DNA from: an uncultured Elusimicrobia bacterium
GTDB lineage: Bacteria > Elusimicrobiota > Elusimicrobia > Elusimicrobiales > UBA9959
NCBI GenBank assembly: GCA_903889965.1
Contig: CAISZM010000084.1
Coordinates: 15,503-79,502 of the forward strand
Length of the DNA: 64,000 nt
Direction of reading: 5' to 3'
The notes under the pieces are model-generated. The model ran no database searches. It worked only from the letters and a program-made list of their open reading frames with translations, and was not told the origin of the DNA. Positions 50,224-60,500 of this stretch are shown here, in pieces (positions within the stretch are counted from its first letter, which is position 1; each line of letters opens with the position of its first letter). The position numbers were made by a program, and so were the translations under genes.

Positions 50224-51714
50224 TTACCTGTCCGAACCGATCTCCATTGATTTAAGGAAGTCCTTGTTGGACTTGGTCGCCGCAAGCTTGGAAACGAGAA
50301 GTTCAAGCGAGTCTATCGGCGACAGGGGCGCAAGCACTTTGCGCAGTATCCAGACCTTGTTAAGCTCGTCCTCGCTCATCAGCAGCTCTTCCTTGCGGGT
50401 GGAAGTGCGGTTAATGTCGATGGCCGGGAATATGCGGCGGTCAGCCAGCTTGCGCTCCAGGTAGATCTCGGAATTGCCGGTGCCCTTGAACTCCTCGAAT
50501 ATGACGTCGTCCATCCGGCTGCCGGTCTCCACCAGCGCGGTGGCTATGATGGTAAGCGAGCCGCCTTCCTCTATGTTCCTGGCCGCGCCGAAAAAGCGCT
50601 TGGGCCGCTGCAGGGAGGTGGATTCAAGGCCGCCGGAAAGCACGCGGCCCGAAGAAGGGGCCACGGTATTGTAAGCGCGGGCCAGGCGGGTGATCGAGTC
50701 GAGCAGTATCACCACGTCCTTGCCGTGCTCGGTCATGCGCTTGGCTTTCTCAAGCACTATGTCGGCAACCTGCACGTGGCGGTCGGCCGGCTCGTCGAAG
50801 GTGGAGGCGAGCACTTCGCCCTTGACGGAGCGCTTCATGTCGGTGACTTCCTCCGGGCGCTCGTCTATCAGCAGCACTATCAGCTCTATCTCGGGATGGT
50901 TGGTGGTCAGCGAGTTGGCTATGCGGTGCAGTATCATCGTCTTGCCGGTCTTGGGCGCGGCTACGATAAGCTGGCGCTGCCCCTTGCCTACCGGGACTAT
51001 CAGGTCTATCACGCGGCCGGTCATCTCGTTCTTGGCCGTTTCCAGCGTGAAGCGGGAATTTGGGTAGAGCGGGGTGAGGTTGTCGAACAGCGGGCGGTGG
51101 CCTATCTTTTCTATCTCGAAACCGTTAACGGTCTTCACCTGCAGCAACGCGAAGAATCTTTCGCCGTCCTTCGGGGGGCGGATGAGGCCGTTGACGGCGT
51201 CTCCCTTGCGCAGACCGAGTTTCTTTATCTGGGACGGGGAAACGTAGATATCCTCGTGACTGGACAGGTAATTGTATTCCTGCGAGCGCAGGAAGCCGAA
51301 GCCGTCCGGCAATATTTCCAGCACCCCTTCGCCCTGCACTATGCCGTTCTGCTTGGCCTGGGCTTCCATTATCTTTCCGATCATCTCCTGCTTGCGCAGG
51401 CTGGAAACCCCTTCCAGGTTATATTGCTCGGCTATCTTCACGAGTTCGGGCACGGTCATCTTGGTCATGGCCGTAATATCTATTTTGGGCGGGTTCTGGC
51501 CCTGGTTTTGTCCCTGGTTCTGGTTCTGGCCCTGGTTGGGCGTTCTTCCGTTATTTTCCATTTTCTGGTTTCCCCTTGTGTCATTGGACGCGCCATTGCC
51601 GCCTCTGGGCCCGCCCCTGTGGTTGTGGTTTTGCGGGCGCTGCTGCGCGTCCCCGTTCCCAGCTTCCTGCGCCGCCGCTTTTGAATTTTTTTCTTCCTGC
51701 TGTTGTCCGTTCAT
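50224..51714 (-). CDS. rho: transcription termination factor Rho with an Asn/Gln/Gly-rich N-terminal extension
   Basis: Rho_N helix bundle ([16 protein letters not shown]), RNA-binding OB fold ([14 protein letters not shown]), Walker A (APKTGKT) and the C-terminal ATPase. The start is taken at ATG 51714, after the coaE stop; the 567 aa ORF would overlap coaE. Confidence 0.85.
   Translation of the reverse strand: MNGQQQEEKNSKAAAQEAGNGDAQQRPQNHNHRGGPRGGNGASNDTRGNQKMENNGRTPNQGQNQNQGQNQGQNPPKIDITAMTKMTVPELVKIAEQYNLEGVSSLRKQEMIGKIMEAQAKQNGIVQGEGVLEILPDGFGFLRSQEYNYLSSHEDIYVSPSQIKKLGLRKGDAVNGLIRPPKDGERFFALLQVKTVNGFEIEKIGHRPLFDNLTPLYPNSRFTLETAKNEMTGRVIDLIVPVGKGQRQLIVAAPKTGKTMILHRIANSLTTNHPEIELIVLLIDERPEEVTDMKRSVKGEVLASTFDEPADRHVQVADIVLEKAKRMTEHGKDVVILLDSITRLARAYNTVAPSSGRVLSGGLESTSLQRPKRFFGAARNIEEGGSLTIIATALVETGSRMDDVIFEEFKGTGNSEIYLERKLADRRIFPAIDINRTSTRKEELLMSEDELNKVWILRKVLAPLSPIDSLELLVSKLAATKSNKDFLKSMEIGSDR
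51493..51537 (-). repeat. in-frame hexanucleotide microsatellite (AACCAG/GGCCAG units) encoding [15 protein letters not shown] within the Rho N-terminal extension
   Basis: Minus strand reads aac cag ggc cag aac cag aac cag gga caa aac cag ggc cag aac. Confidence 0.85.
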
Positions 51715-51722
51715 TTTACCTC

Positions 51723-52340
51723 TCAGATGTTCTTCAAGAAACTGCAAATAATTTTTACGCTTCTCTCCAGCGCGGCCGGATCGCCCGAATTGTCCAGGAC
51801 CACCGCGGCCCTGGCGTATTTCTCCCGCGCCGGCATTTGTGCCGACCGCCTGGCCCTGTACTGCGCCCTTGTCCAACCGCGTCCAAGCGCCCTCGCCTCC
51901 AGCGTTCTTTCGGGGGCGTACAGGCAAAGATTAAGCGCGAAACACTCCGCAAGCCCCGCCTCGAACAGGAGGGGCGCCTCAACAACCGCAAATTTTTTAT
52001 GGGATTTGGTTATTAGAGAATGCGTTTCTTTCAAAATTACCGGATGGAGAAGCCTTTCAAGCCATTTGCGCTTCGCCGCTGAACCGAATACCTCGGCAGC
52101 AAGCCTCTTTTTGTCCAGGAAACCGTTTTTTAGGAGTATTTCAGGACCGAACTTCCTTAAGATTCTATTATAACACGGGGGCTCTGTCAACAGGCTCGCG
52201 GCCAAAGCGTCGGCAGAAACGCAGAACGCGCCGTGTTTTTTAAAATAGGAAAGCGCCAGGCTCTTGCCCGAAGCGATGGGCCCGGTAAGGCCGATAACGG
52301 TCTTTCCGGGCGCGCCGATCTTGTATTTTTCTTTTTTCAT
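51723..52340 (-). CDS. coaE: dephospho-CoA kinase
   Basis: P-loop [11 protein letters not shown]. 205 aa. Confidence 0.85.
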   Translation of the reverse strand: MKKEKYKIGAPGKTVIGLTGPIASGKSLALSYFKKHGAFCVSADALAASLLTEPPCYNRILRKFGPEILLKNGFLDKKRLAAEVFGSAAKRKWLERLLHPVILKETHSLITKSHKKFAVVEAPLLFEAGLAECFALNLCLYAPERTLEARALGRGWTRAQYRARRSAQMPAREKYARAAVVLDNSGDPAALERSVKIICSFLKNI

Positions 52341-52357
52341 ACCGTGTTCTCTCCGCC

Positions 52358-53110
52358 TCAGGCCCGCCCGCCCCTCTTCCTGGCGTACTCGTCCAGCCGC
52401 GCTATTTCGGAGCGGCTCAATGCCGACTGTCCCTTCCTGGAGATCTTCTCAAGCAGATGGTCCAGTTCCCCCATCTCCATAGCCGCGGTGTCCGTTTCCC
52501 GGGCCGGCCGCCCCTTAAAACGCCGTTCCGCCCACAGCCACAGCAGTCCGGCGGCCAGGCCGCCTAAATGGGTGGCGCTGGAGATCGTTGAGCCGGTCCT
52601 GGATAAGGTCATTACGAATTCCAGAGCCCCCAGCAGGAAGGCGAGCGTCCGCGCGCTCATGGGAAAAACAAAATACAGGTAAACCCTTGTCTCCGGGTGC
52701 AGGAAAGCGAAAGCTCCCAGCAGGCCGTAAACGGCCCCCGAGGCCCCCACCACGGGTATCGGGGAATTTGGCGTCCAGGCGGCGGTGAATAACGCGGCAG
52801 CTATACCGCAGACGAGGAAATAGAGGAGGAACTTCCGCGACCCCATCTCCGGCTCCAGCATGCAACCCAGCATCCACATCATGAAAGCGTTGAAGAAGAA
52901 ATGCCAGAAATTGGCGTGTATAAAAATATATGTCGCGGCCTGCCACAGCCAGAACCGGTAAATAAGGGCGGCGGGGACCAGGCCGAAAAGGTCGTTGAGC
53001 CTGTAGCCGAAAGCCAGCTCGGCCAGCCAGCCGGCGAAGAAAAGAACCGTCATAGCCCTTGTTACCGGCGGCAGGTCCCCCAGCGAGGGAAGTTTTAATG
53101 AAATAGCCAT
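52358..53110 (-). CDS. rhomboid-family intramembrane serine protease
   Basis: HxxxxHxxxN-type motif (FIHANFWHFFFN), catalytic GASGAVYG, and a downstream catalytic His (ATHLGG). Confidence 0.85.
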   Translation of the reverse strand: MAISLKLPSLGDLPPVTRAMTVLFFAGWLAELAFGYRLNDLFGLVPAALIYRFWLWQAATYIFIHANFWHFFFNAFMMWMLGCMLEPEMGSRKFLLYFLVCGIAAALFTAAWTPNSPIPVVGASGAVYGLLGAFAFLHPETRVYLYFVFPMSARTLAFLLGALEFVMTLSRTGSTISSATHLGGLAAGLLWLWAERRFKGRPARETDTAAMEMGELDHLLEKISRKGQSALSRSEIARLDEYARKRGGRA

Positions 53111-53218
53111 TAAATTATTCGTTCGTGACTTATTCTGGTGTGAACCAATTTGCAGTAGACTTTCAAGACTGCCCCATTCAATAATACGACCGCCATCCGC
53201 ACGGTTTAATTTTTATAA

Positions 53219-55792
53219 CTATTCCTCGTACGGCGCCATGTCCCGCCAGTTAAGGCCGGTCTTCAGGTCGGCCCTGAGCGGGACGGAAAGTTCGTAGGCG
53301 TTCTCCATCTCTCTCTTTACCAGGCGGGCGGCCTCTTTAAGCTTCGGCGTGCGCACCTCGAAAACCAGTTCGTCATGCACCTGTAGAAGCATAAAAACGT
53401 CTTTGGAATGCCTGAATTCAGCGAAGAGCTTCACCATCGCCTTCTTTATTATATCCGCCGAACCGCCCTGCACCGGGGTGTTCACGGCGGCGCGCTCGGC
53501 GAAGCCGCGCAGGTGCGGGTTGGAGGCGGCCAGCTCCGGCAGGAGCCGCCGGCGCCCGGTGAAAGTCGTCACCATGCCGCTCTTCTTCGCCTGCTCCACG
53601 GTCAGCTCGCTCCAGGCTTTAACCCCGGGACATACCTCGAAATAGTGCTTTATATAAGTGGCGGCCTCGGCGCGGCTTATGCCCAGTTCCCGCGACAAAC
53701 CCTGCGGGGTCTGGCCATAGACTATGCCGAAATTTATGGCCTTGGCCGCGCGGCGCATTTCCTGGGTCACCAGCTGCGGCGCGCAGTGGAAGATCTCGCT
53801 TGCGGTCCGTAGATGTATATCCTCCCCGTTCCTGAAGGCCTCCACCAGGTTCGCGTCCCCGGACAGGTGGGCCAGCACGCGCAGGTCTATCTGCGAGTAG
53901 TCGGCGCTGAGCATCGTGAAACCGTCCCTTACGGTGAAGCACTTCCTCACCAGCAGCCCCGCCTCGGAGCGCGCCGGGATGTTCTGCAAATTGGGTTTGG
54001 AACTGGAGAACCTGCCGGTGGCCGTGCCGAGCTGGTCGAAAGTAGTGTGCAGCCTGCCCTCGGGGCCGGCCGCGGCCAGGAGGTTGTCCACGAAAGAGGA
54101 TTTCAGCTTGGAGATCTCGCGGAATTCCAGCAGCAGCGGCACCACCGGGTGCGCGGCTTTCAGATACTGCAGGGCTTCCTCGCCGGTGGAATAGCCCTCC
54201 TTGTTCTTGAATTGTTTTTTTTGCGCCTCGCCCAGCCCGAGATTGAGCTTCTCATACAGCAGGAAGGCCACCTGCTTGGGGGAATTCAGGTTTACCTCCG
54301 CGCCGGTTATGCGCTCCGCCTCCGCCTGGAGTTCGGAGAGTTTTTTCTCGAACCTGGAGGACAGCTCTCCAAGCAGTACTATATCAGCGGCGGTGCCGTG
54401 CTGTTCCATGGCGTAAACCGCCGGCAGCAGCGGGAGTTCCAGCTCGGAATAGACCTGCCGCATCCCCGAAGCGCCCAGCTCTTCATCCAGCTTTCGCCAG
54501 AGGCCGGGCAGCGCGGCCGCGGCCTGGGCCTTTTCCTCGTCCGAGCCGGGCGCCAGCAGCGGCAGCCCCAGCCTTTCGAATACCATCTGCCCAAGCCCGG
54601 TCCCGCGCGTCCCCGCGGCAAGCAGCGCGGCGGCGGCCTCGGCGTCGGCGAAATTTTCGGGTCCGGCTCCGGCCGGCAAACCGAGCTGGCGCATGACGGC
54701 CTTGGCGCCGAAGACGGGCTTGAAAACATTCCGGTCGCACAGTATCGCCGCCGCGGCCCTGGCAGTTTCGGGGCTGACCGCCCCCTGGCGAAGCACGCAG
54801 ACCCCTTCACGCGAGCCTATGGCGAGACCGTCATCGAAAGCCGCGAAGGATATCTCCCCCCGCGCGGCGGCGAGTATTTCCCCCGGGGCTTTCACCGGGG
54901 GCAGTTCCGCCGGCTTATGCTCCGCCGGGGACTTGCCGGCCAGCGCCAGAAGGTCCTTGAACTCCAGCCGGCGCGCCATCTCCTCAAGTTCCGGCCCCCC
55001 GGGAGGCGCGGTTCTGAAAATATCCATCCCCTCCTCTACGGGGGCGTCGTATTCCAGCGTGACAAGCCTGCGGGACAGCCTGGCATTATCCATGTCTTTG
55101 GCCACCTTGGCGAGCGCCTTGTCGGACGAGGTCAGTTCCGGGTCCATGGCCGCGGCGAGTATCTTTTCAAGGGGGCCGTAAGTCTGCACCAGTTTGGCGG
55201 CGCTCTTGGGCCCCACACCCGCAACGCCGGGCACATTGTCCGAGGAGTCGCCGGTCAGCGCGAAATAATCCGGCAGCAGGGCCGGCGGCAGGCCATATTT
55301 TTTTATAACGGCTTCCGGGCCGGAAAATTCCGGAGAAGAACCGTCCCACAGCTTTACCCTGTCGCCAAGCAGCTGGGCGGCGTCCTTGTCGCCGGAAACT
55401 ATGACCGCCTCAAGGCCGGCCTTCTCGGCGCGGCGGGCTATGGTGGCTATAATATCGTCCGCCTCAAAGCCGTTCAGGTATACCCCTTTTAAACCGATGG
55501 CTTTAACTAGTTCGCGCGCCGTTTTCAGCTGGCCTACGAGTCCGGGCTCTGTCTCGGAACGGTTGGCCTTGTATTGCCCGTAAAGCTCGTTCCGGAAAGT
55601 GCCGCCTTTGGAGTCGAAACATACTGCCACGTATTCCGGCCGCCGTTCGCGCAGCAGCTTAAGGAGGAGACGCGTAAAACCGTACAAGGCGCCTACCTCT
55701 TCCCCCTTGGAAGTGGAGAACTTGGGCAGGGCGTGGTAGCTCCTGTGGAGGAAAGCGTGTGCGTCTATTATAAAAACGCGCTTGATAGGCAT
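53219..55792 (-). CDS. polA: DNA polymerase I
   Basis: 857 aa with a 5'-nuclease N-terminus (FIIDAHAFLHRSYHA) and polymerase motifs (DYSQIDLRVLAH; RRAAKAINFGIVYG; QVHDELVFE). Confidence 0.95.
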   Translation of the reverse strand: MPIKRVFIIDAHAFLHRSYHALPKFSTSKGEEVGALYGFTRLLLKLLRERRPEYVAVCFDSKGGTFRNELYGQYKANRSETEPGLVGQLKTARELVKAIGLKGVYLNGFEADDIIATIARRAEKAGLEAVIVSGDKDAAQLLGDRVKLWDGSSPEFSGPEAVIKKYGLPPALLPDYFALTGDSSDNVPGVAGVGPKSAAKLVQTYGPLEKILAAAMDPELTSSDKALAKVAKDMDNARLSRRLVTLEYDAPVEEGMDIFRTAPPGGPELEEMARRLEFKDLLALAGKSPAEHKPAELPPVKAPGEILAAARGEISFAAFDDGLAIGSREGVCVLRQGAVSPETARAAAAILCDRNVFKPVFGAKAVMRQLGLPAGAGPENFADAEAAAALLAAGTRGTGLGQMVFERLGLPLLAPGSDEEKAQAAAALPGLWRKLDEELGASGMRQVYSELELPLLPAVYAMEQHGTAADIVLLGELSSRFEKKLSELQAEAERITGAEVNLNSPKQVAFLLYEKLNLGLGEAQKKQFKNKEGYSTGEEALQYLKAAHPVVPLLLEFREISKLKSSFVDNLLAAAGPEGRLHTTFDQLGTATGRFSSSKPNLQNIPARSEAGLLVRKCFTVRDGFTMLSADYSQIDLRVLAHLSGDANLVEAFRNGEDIHLRTASEIFHCAPQLVTQEMRRAAKAINFGIVYGQTPQGLSRELGISRAEAATYIKHYFEVCPGVKAWSELTVEQAKKSGMVTTFTGRRRLLPELAASNPHLRGFAERAAVNTPVQGGSADIIKKAMVKLFAEFRHSKDVFMLLQVHDELVFEVRTPKLKEAARLVKREMENAYELSVPLRADLKTGLNWRDMAPYEE

Positions 55793-55895
55793 TTATTTTT
55801 CGGGGACTGCTTCGGAAGGTACATGCGGGCCGGAGGAGCGGCAGCCGGCGTTGGCGCTGGGAGGGGTTCGATTTCCCTCCCGGGCCCGGACCGCG

Positions 55896-56222
55896 CTAAG
55901 CGAGCAGCGCGTCCAGGCTCTTCTTCATCTCTTCCTTTGGCTGCATACCTTGCATATCGTTCATGACCTTGCCGCCTTTGAAGAACAGCAGGGTGGGAAT
56001 GGCGGAGATGCGGTAGGCGGAAGCCGTGACCGGGTTCTCGTCCGTGTTCATTTTGCAGACCTTTATCTTGCCTGCGTACTCCTTGGCCAGCTCTTCTATG
56101 ACAGGACCCACCATACGGCATGGCCCGCACCAGGGGGCCCAGAAATCCACCATGACGGGGATATTGCTCTTTATAACCTCGGCTTCGAAATTGGCGTCGG
56201 TAACCTGTATATCGCTGGCCAT
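55896..56222 (-). CDS. trxA: thioredoxin
   Basis: WAPWCGPC active site. The start is taken at ATG 56222 (MASDIQV), which has an AAGGAG RBS 7 nt upstream. Confidence 0.9.
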   Translation of the reverse strand: MASDIQVTDANFEAEVIKSNIPVMVDFWAPWCGPCRMVGPVIEELAKEYAGKIKVCKMNTDENPVTASAYRISAIPTLLFFKGGKVMNDMQGMQPKEEMKKSLDALLA

Positions 56223-56264
56223 GTTTATCTCCTTGAACAACCGCTTTATCTGCCGCTTTCGTTT

Positions 56265-56293
56265 ATACTATAAGACTTGCTTTTTAATGTCAA
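56265..56293 (-). promoter_or_regulatory. near-consensus sigma70 promoter for trxA (TTGACA-17 nt-TAGTAT)
   Basis: Minus strand: TTGACA (plus 56288-56293), a 17-nt spacer, then TAGTAT (plus 56265-56270), about 40 nt upstream of the trxA ATG. Confidence 0.45.
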
Positions 56294-56359
56294 GACTATG
56301 TCTGTGCCGTATCGAGCGCTATGCGCATCAGACGGCCAAGACTATGTCTGTGCCGTATC
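56291..56359. repeat. perfect 23-bp direct repeat (CAAGACTATGTCTGTGCCGTATC x2, period 46 bp) flanking/overlapping the trxA -35 element
   Basis: Copies at 56291-56313 and 56337-56359, read directly. The palindrome ATGCGCAT lies in the spacer. Confidence 0.9.
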
Positions 56360-56375
56360 AAGGCGGCCAAGCTAT

Positions 56376-56771
56376 CTAGGGCTTGCGGCCCTCCGAGCGG
56401 CTAAGAAGGTAATGCATTTCCTTCCAGAGCTCGTCTATATCAATAGGTTTTGAAAAGAAAGCCCCGGCCCCTGCCAGCATGGCTTCGGAGCGGTCGGCCG
56501 GTTCGGTATATTTGGCCGAGATAAAGACCACCGGCACTTTTTTCAGCCTGGCGGATTCTCGTATCACGCGCAGGAACTCCACGCCGTGCATGTCCGGCAG
56601 CTGTATGTCCAGAATTATCACGGAAGGCATGGCGGCCGCAAGAACGTCCAGCGCCTCCCGGGCGGATTTAGCTACCATTATCTCCACGTCATCGGCCTTC
56701 AGGCTGAGGCCGTCCTCCAGGGTTTCTATGAAGTTCTTGTCGTCGTCAACTATGAGAATTTTTATCGCCAT
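56376..56771 (-). CDS. stand-alone response regulator receiver (CheY-like)
   Basis: 131 aa with the acidic pocket DDD, the phospho-acceptor region ILDIQLPDM, and a conserved Lys (ISAK). TAG stop. Confidence 0.85.
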   Translation of the reverse strand: MAIKILIVDDDKNFIETLEDGLSLKADDVEIMVAKSAREALDVLAAAMPSVIILDIQLPDMHGVEFLRVIRESARLKKVPVVFISAKYTEPADRSEAMLAGAGAFFSKPIDIDELWKEMHYLLSRSEGRKP

Positions 56772-56790
56772 ATTTTTTGTGCTGTCCCGG

Positions 56791-57525
56791 CTAAAAACCG
56801 AAGCTGAGACGGTTGGCCAGCTCGGCCGGCATATTTAACCGGGTCATAAGCTTCTGCGTCGCCTCTATATCGTACGAGACCCTGTGCAGTTCGAAGGACC
56901 TGCTTTCCGAATCGTATATACCGCAGGCCGCCCTGGAGTCTCCGTCGCGCGGCTGGCCGACTGAGCCCGGATTTATCATAACGCGCCCGGAGGCCGCGGA
57001 TATCCTGGCCAGCGGTTTCATAAAATCGGTCTCAGGCGCTCCGGACGGACCCTCCCTGAAATAAAGCGGCATGTGGGTGTGTCCCAGGAAACAGGGAGAA
57101 ACCGTCCATTTCTTCGCGTTGGCGGTGTACTGGTTCTCGCTCAGCAGGTACTCCGTGAGAGGCTTGCAGGGCGAGCCGTGTACCAGCGTAAAGTCATCCG
57201 TTTCCACAATTTCCGGAAGGCCGGCTACGTAATCCATGGCCTGGCCGGTGAGCCGGCCCCGCGTGAACTCTATGGCCCATGCCGCGTCGGGGTTGAACCA
57301 CTTTACTCCCAGCTTGCCCGCGAGCGCCGCGTCGTGGTTGCCCATCACGGCGACCAGCTCCTTAATGCCGCTCAACGCCTCCACGCACTCCAGCGGCTGC
57401 GGCCCGTAGCCCACGATATCGCCGCAACAGATAAAATCTTTCACGCCTTTCCGGCGGTAAAAAGCCAGCACGGCCTTGAGGGCCTCATAGTTGCCGTGCA
57501 CGTCCGAAAAGACGCCGTATTTCAC
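56791..57525 (-). CDS. metallophosphoesterase family protein (calcineurin-like, YfcE/MJ0936 type)
   Basis: DVHGN, GDIVGYGP and GNHD motifs. GTG start overlaps the smc stop by 1 nt. Confidence 0.8.
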   Translation of the reverse strand: MKYGVFSDVHGNYEALKAVLAFYRRKGVKDFICCGDIVGYGPQPLECVEALSGIKELVAVMGNHDAALAGKLGVKWFNPDAAWAIEFTRGRLTGQAMDYVAGLPEIVETDDFTLVHGSPCKPLTEYLLSENQYTANAKKWTVSPCFLGHTHMPLYFREGPSGAPETDFMKPLARISAASGRVMINPGSVGQPRDGDSRAACGIYDSESRSFELHRVSYDIEATQKLMTRLNMPAELANRLSFGF

Positions 57526-60500
57526 TAAACTCCCACGGCCTCTTCCTGGGTGGCCAGCCTGGCCGCGCGCTTCAGGTCGACCGAGATGAGCTTGCTGACT
57601 CCCAGCTCCTCCATGGTAACCCCGTAAAGGGTGTCGGCCGCTTCCATCGTGCGCTTATTATGCGTTATGACGATGAACTGCGTGGTCGAGGAGAACTCGC
57701 GTATCAGGCGCACGAAGCGCTCCACGTTGGCTTCGTCCAAAGGGGCGTCCGCTTCGTCCATGACGCAGAAAGGCGAGGGGTTGACGCGGAAGAAGCTGAA
57801 CAGCAGCGCCAGGGCCGTCAGGGCCTTTTCGCCTCCGGACAGCTGGGAGATGCTCACCAGTTTCTTGCCGGGAGGGTGCGCCATTATCTCCACGCCGGTC
57901 TCCAACAGGTTCTCCGGTGTGGTCAGTATCAGGTCCGCTTCGCCGCCGTTGAACAGCAGGGAATAGATCTCCTTGAAGTAGACCTGTACCTTGTCAAAGG
58001 TGGCCTTGAAATTCTCGCGCGTGGTATCGTTTATCTTGTTGATGGCCGAACGCAGGTCCGCCTTGGCGCGGTTCAGGTCCTCCACCTGGGAATTTATGAA
58101 GTTGTAGCGGGCGGTCAGGGTCTCGTATTCCTCGGGGGCGGTCATGTTGACGGCGCCCATGTTCTCTATGCGCTTGCGCAGGAATTTCACGCGTTCCGGG
58201 TCCGTCTCCACCTCGCCGTATTTTACGGCCGCTTCCTCGGGTGTTATGTTCCACTCGTCGGCCATGCGCCGGGCATTTTCCTCGGCGCGCGCGTTCAGCG
58301 TGGCCATCTCGGTCTCGATCTGGTAGCGGAACTTCTCGTTCTCGGAGGCCAGGTCCCTGTTGTCCTTGAGGTTGGCTCCGAGGCGCAGGTAATTTCCGCG
58401 CAGCTCGTTAGTTTCGTCGTCCAGCTGCCGGTCGATGATCTCCTTCTCGGCGAGATCGTGCATCAGTTCGGCCAGGCGGGCGCGCGCCGCGGCTATCTCC
58501 CCGTTCAATCTTGTCTCCCGCGCGGCCAATTCCTCGCGGCGCCCGGCGAAATGGGATTTTTCCTCGTACAGGGCCGAGATGTCGCCCTCGGCGCGGGCGA
58601 GCTCTCCCTTCAGGGCTTCCAGGTTCTGACGGTAATTGTCCAGGTTGGCCTTGGCGCCGCCCAGGAGCTCTTTGCGCCTGGCGAAATCCAGGTGAAGGGC
58701 GTCTTTTTTGTCCGCAAGCGCCGACTGTTCGGCTTTCTTCGCCTCGGAGGCGGCGTGCGCGGCGGCCTGCCTGAGACCGAGCGCAACCAGCGCGGCTTCT
58801 GCGTCATTTATGGCCGTCCCGGTCTTACCGCTCTCGGCCTCGGCCAGAGCCAGGCTGTCGCGCTTCACGCGCAGGTCGTCCCCCGCGCCGGAAGCCTCGG
58901 TTTCGTTCTTGTGGAATTCTATGTTAAGGGAGCCGGCCCTTTCCCTGGATGAAGATACCTCGCCGCGGGCGGCGTCCAGCTGCGGCAGCAAGCCGGCTTT
59001 CTCGGATTCCAGCGCCGCGGTCTCTTCGTCCAGCTTCTTTATCCGCTCCTTCAGGTCGCCTTCCTCTTCCCAGTACGGCTCGTTGGAAGCCACCTCGTCT
59101 ACGCCGCCGGTAACCCAGAAGGCCCCGTGCACGGCGCCGCCGCTAGAATAAACTCCGGAGAGCAGGCCGGTCATAAGCGGCAGGTACTGCTGGTCGCAGG
59201 AGACCATATCCATTATGCGCTGCGCGCCGGGGGCGGTCCAGCCCTCCTGCGCGGGTGAGGCGGACGGCGCCCGGTCCAGTATCAGGAAACGGCAGCGTCC
59301 CTTGCCCACGTGTTTCAGGTAATCTATGGCCGCCTGGGCAGAGGCCGAGTTCTCGCAGACCACTGAATCGAGGAAGCGGCCCAGCGCGTCCTCCACCGCT
59401 ACGCGCTCCTCTTTCTTTATCGAAAGAAGGTGGCGCAGCGTGCCCCTTATCCCGCCCAGGCCGGAGTTAAGCACGCCGTTTATGCCCACCCAGTAGGTAT
59501 CATGCTCGCCCTGCGCCAGTATGGCCTCGAGGCGGGACTGGTCCCAGGCCCTGCCTTCGCGTATGGCGGACTGCCTCGAGTCTATCTCGTCCAGGCGCGC
59601 TGAAATCGTTTTTACCCTCGCTTCCGCGGCGGAGACCTTTTCATTTTCCGCGGCCAGCCCGGCCCCGAGCGACGCTGAACGGGACCGCAGGTCGTTTATA
59701 CGCGCCTCTATGGCGGACAATGCGGCTTTAAGATCGGCTATGTCCCTCTCGAGGCCGGCTTTTGCGTCGCGGTAATGGCCTATGTCGGAGCCGGTGCGGG
59801 CAATGTCGTTCGAGATCTCCACTTCCACCGAGTAGGCCGCGTTCATCTCGCGGGCAATGTTCTCCGCGGCGGCGTCAGCGGAACGCATCTCGGCCTCTAC
59901 ACCGGAAAGGGCAGCCGCGGCCGAGTCATGCTCGGCCTGCAGGGCCGGCATGCCGCCCTCGTCTGCGGCCAACCTGGCGCGCAGTTCGGCGAGGCGGGGC
60001 TCGGTGCGGCCCAGCTTCTCCGAGTTGAGCCTTTCGGAGGTTTCAAGCGAGACCCGCTGGCTGCCTATTTCGGCCAGCATCTCCATGCCGGATACCACGC
60101 GGCCCTCCGAATGGCTCTTTTCTATCTTTACGGCGGTGAAGGCCTCTTTCAGTATCCTGTGCTCCTCGGATTTCTGGGCCAGGGTGAGGCTCAGCGCGGC
60201 GGACTCGCCCTCCAGCCCCGTTATGGCCACGGCGATATCGGCCAGCTCTTTCTTCACGGGCTCAAGACGGGCGGCGGCTTCGGCGCTCTTCGCGGAGAAA
60301 GCCGTTCCCTCTTTAAGCAGCAGGGAGATCTCGGCTGCGGTAAGTTCTTCGCGGTATTTAGCCTGCAGGCGGGCCTTCTTGGCCTCGTTATCCAGCTTTG
60401 TGATCTGCTCGTTAAGGAGCACCATGGAATCGGCGAGGCGGTTCAGATCGGCCTCCACCTTTTCCAGCTTGCGCGCCGCCTCCTCGCGCTTGGCCTTGTA

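Noticed and set aside
50224-51927. N-terminally extended versions of real genes in the ORF track. These include rho as 567 aa overlapping coaE, purH from TTG 15756, trxA from 56240, tdk from 39938, the M23 peptidase from 50306, the FecR protein from 25677, the O-methyltransferase from 3535, and the Band 7 gene from 18256.
   Set aside because: The extensions overlap the upstream gene or lack an RBS. Internal ATG starts give proper signal peptides or family N-termini, and often an ATGA stop/start overlap or an AAGGAG RBS.
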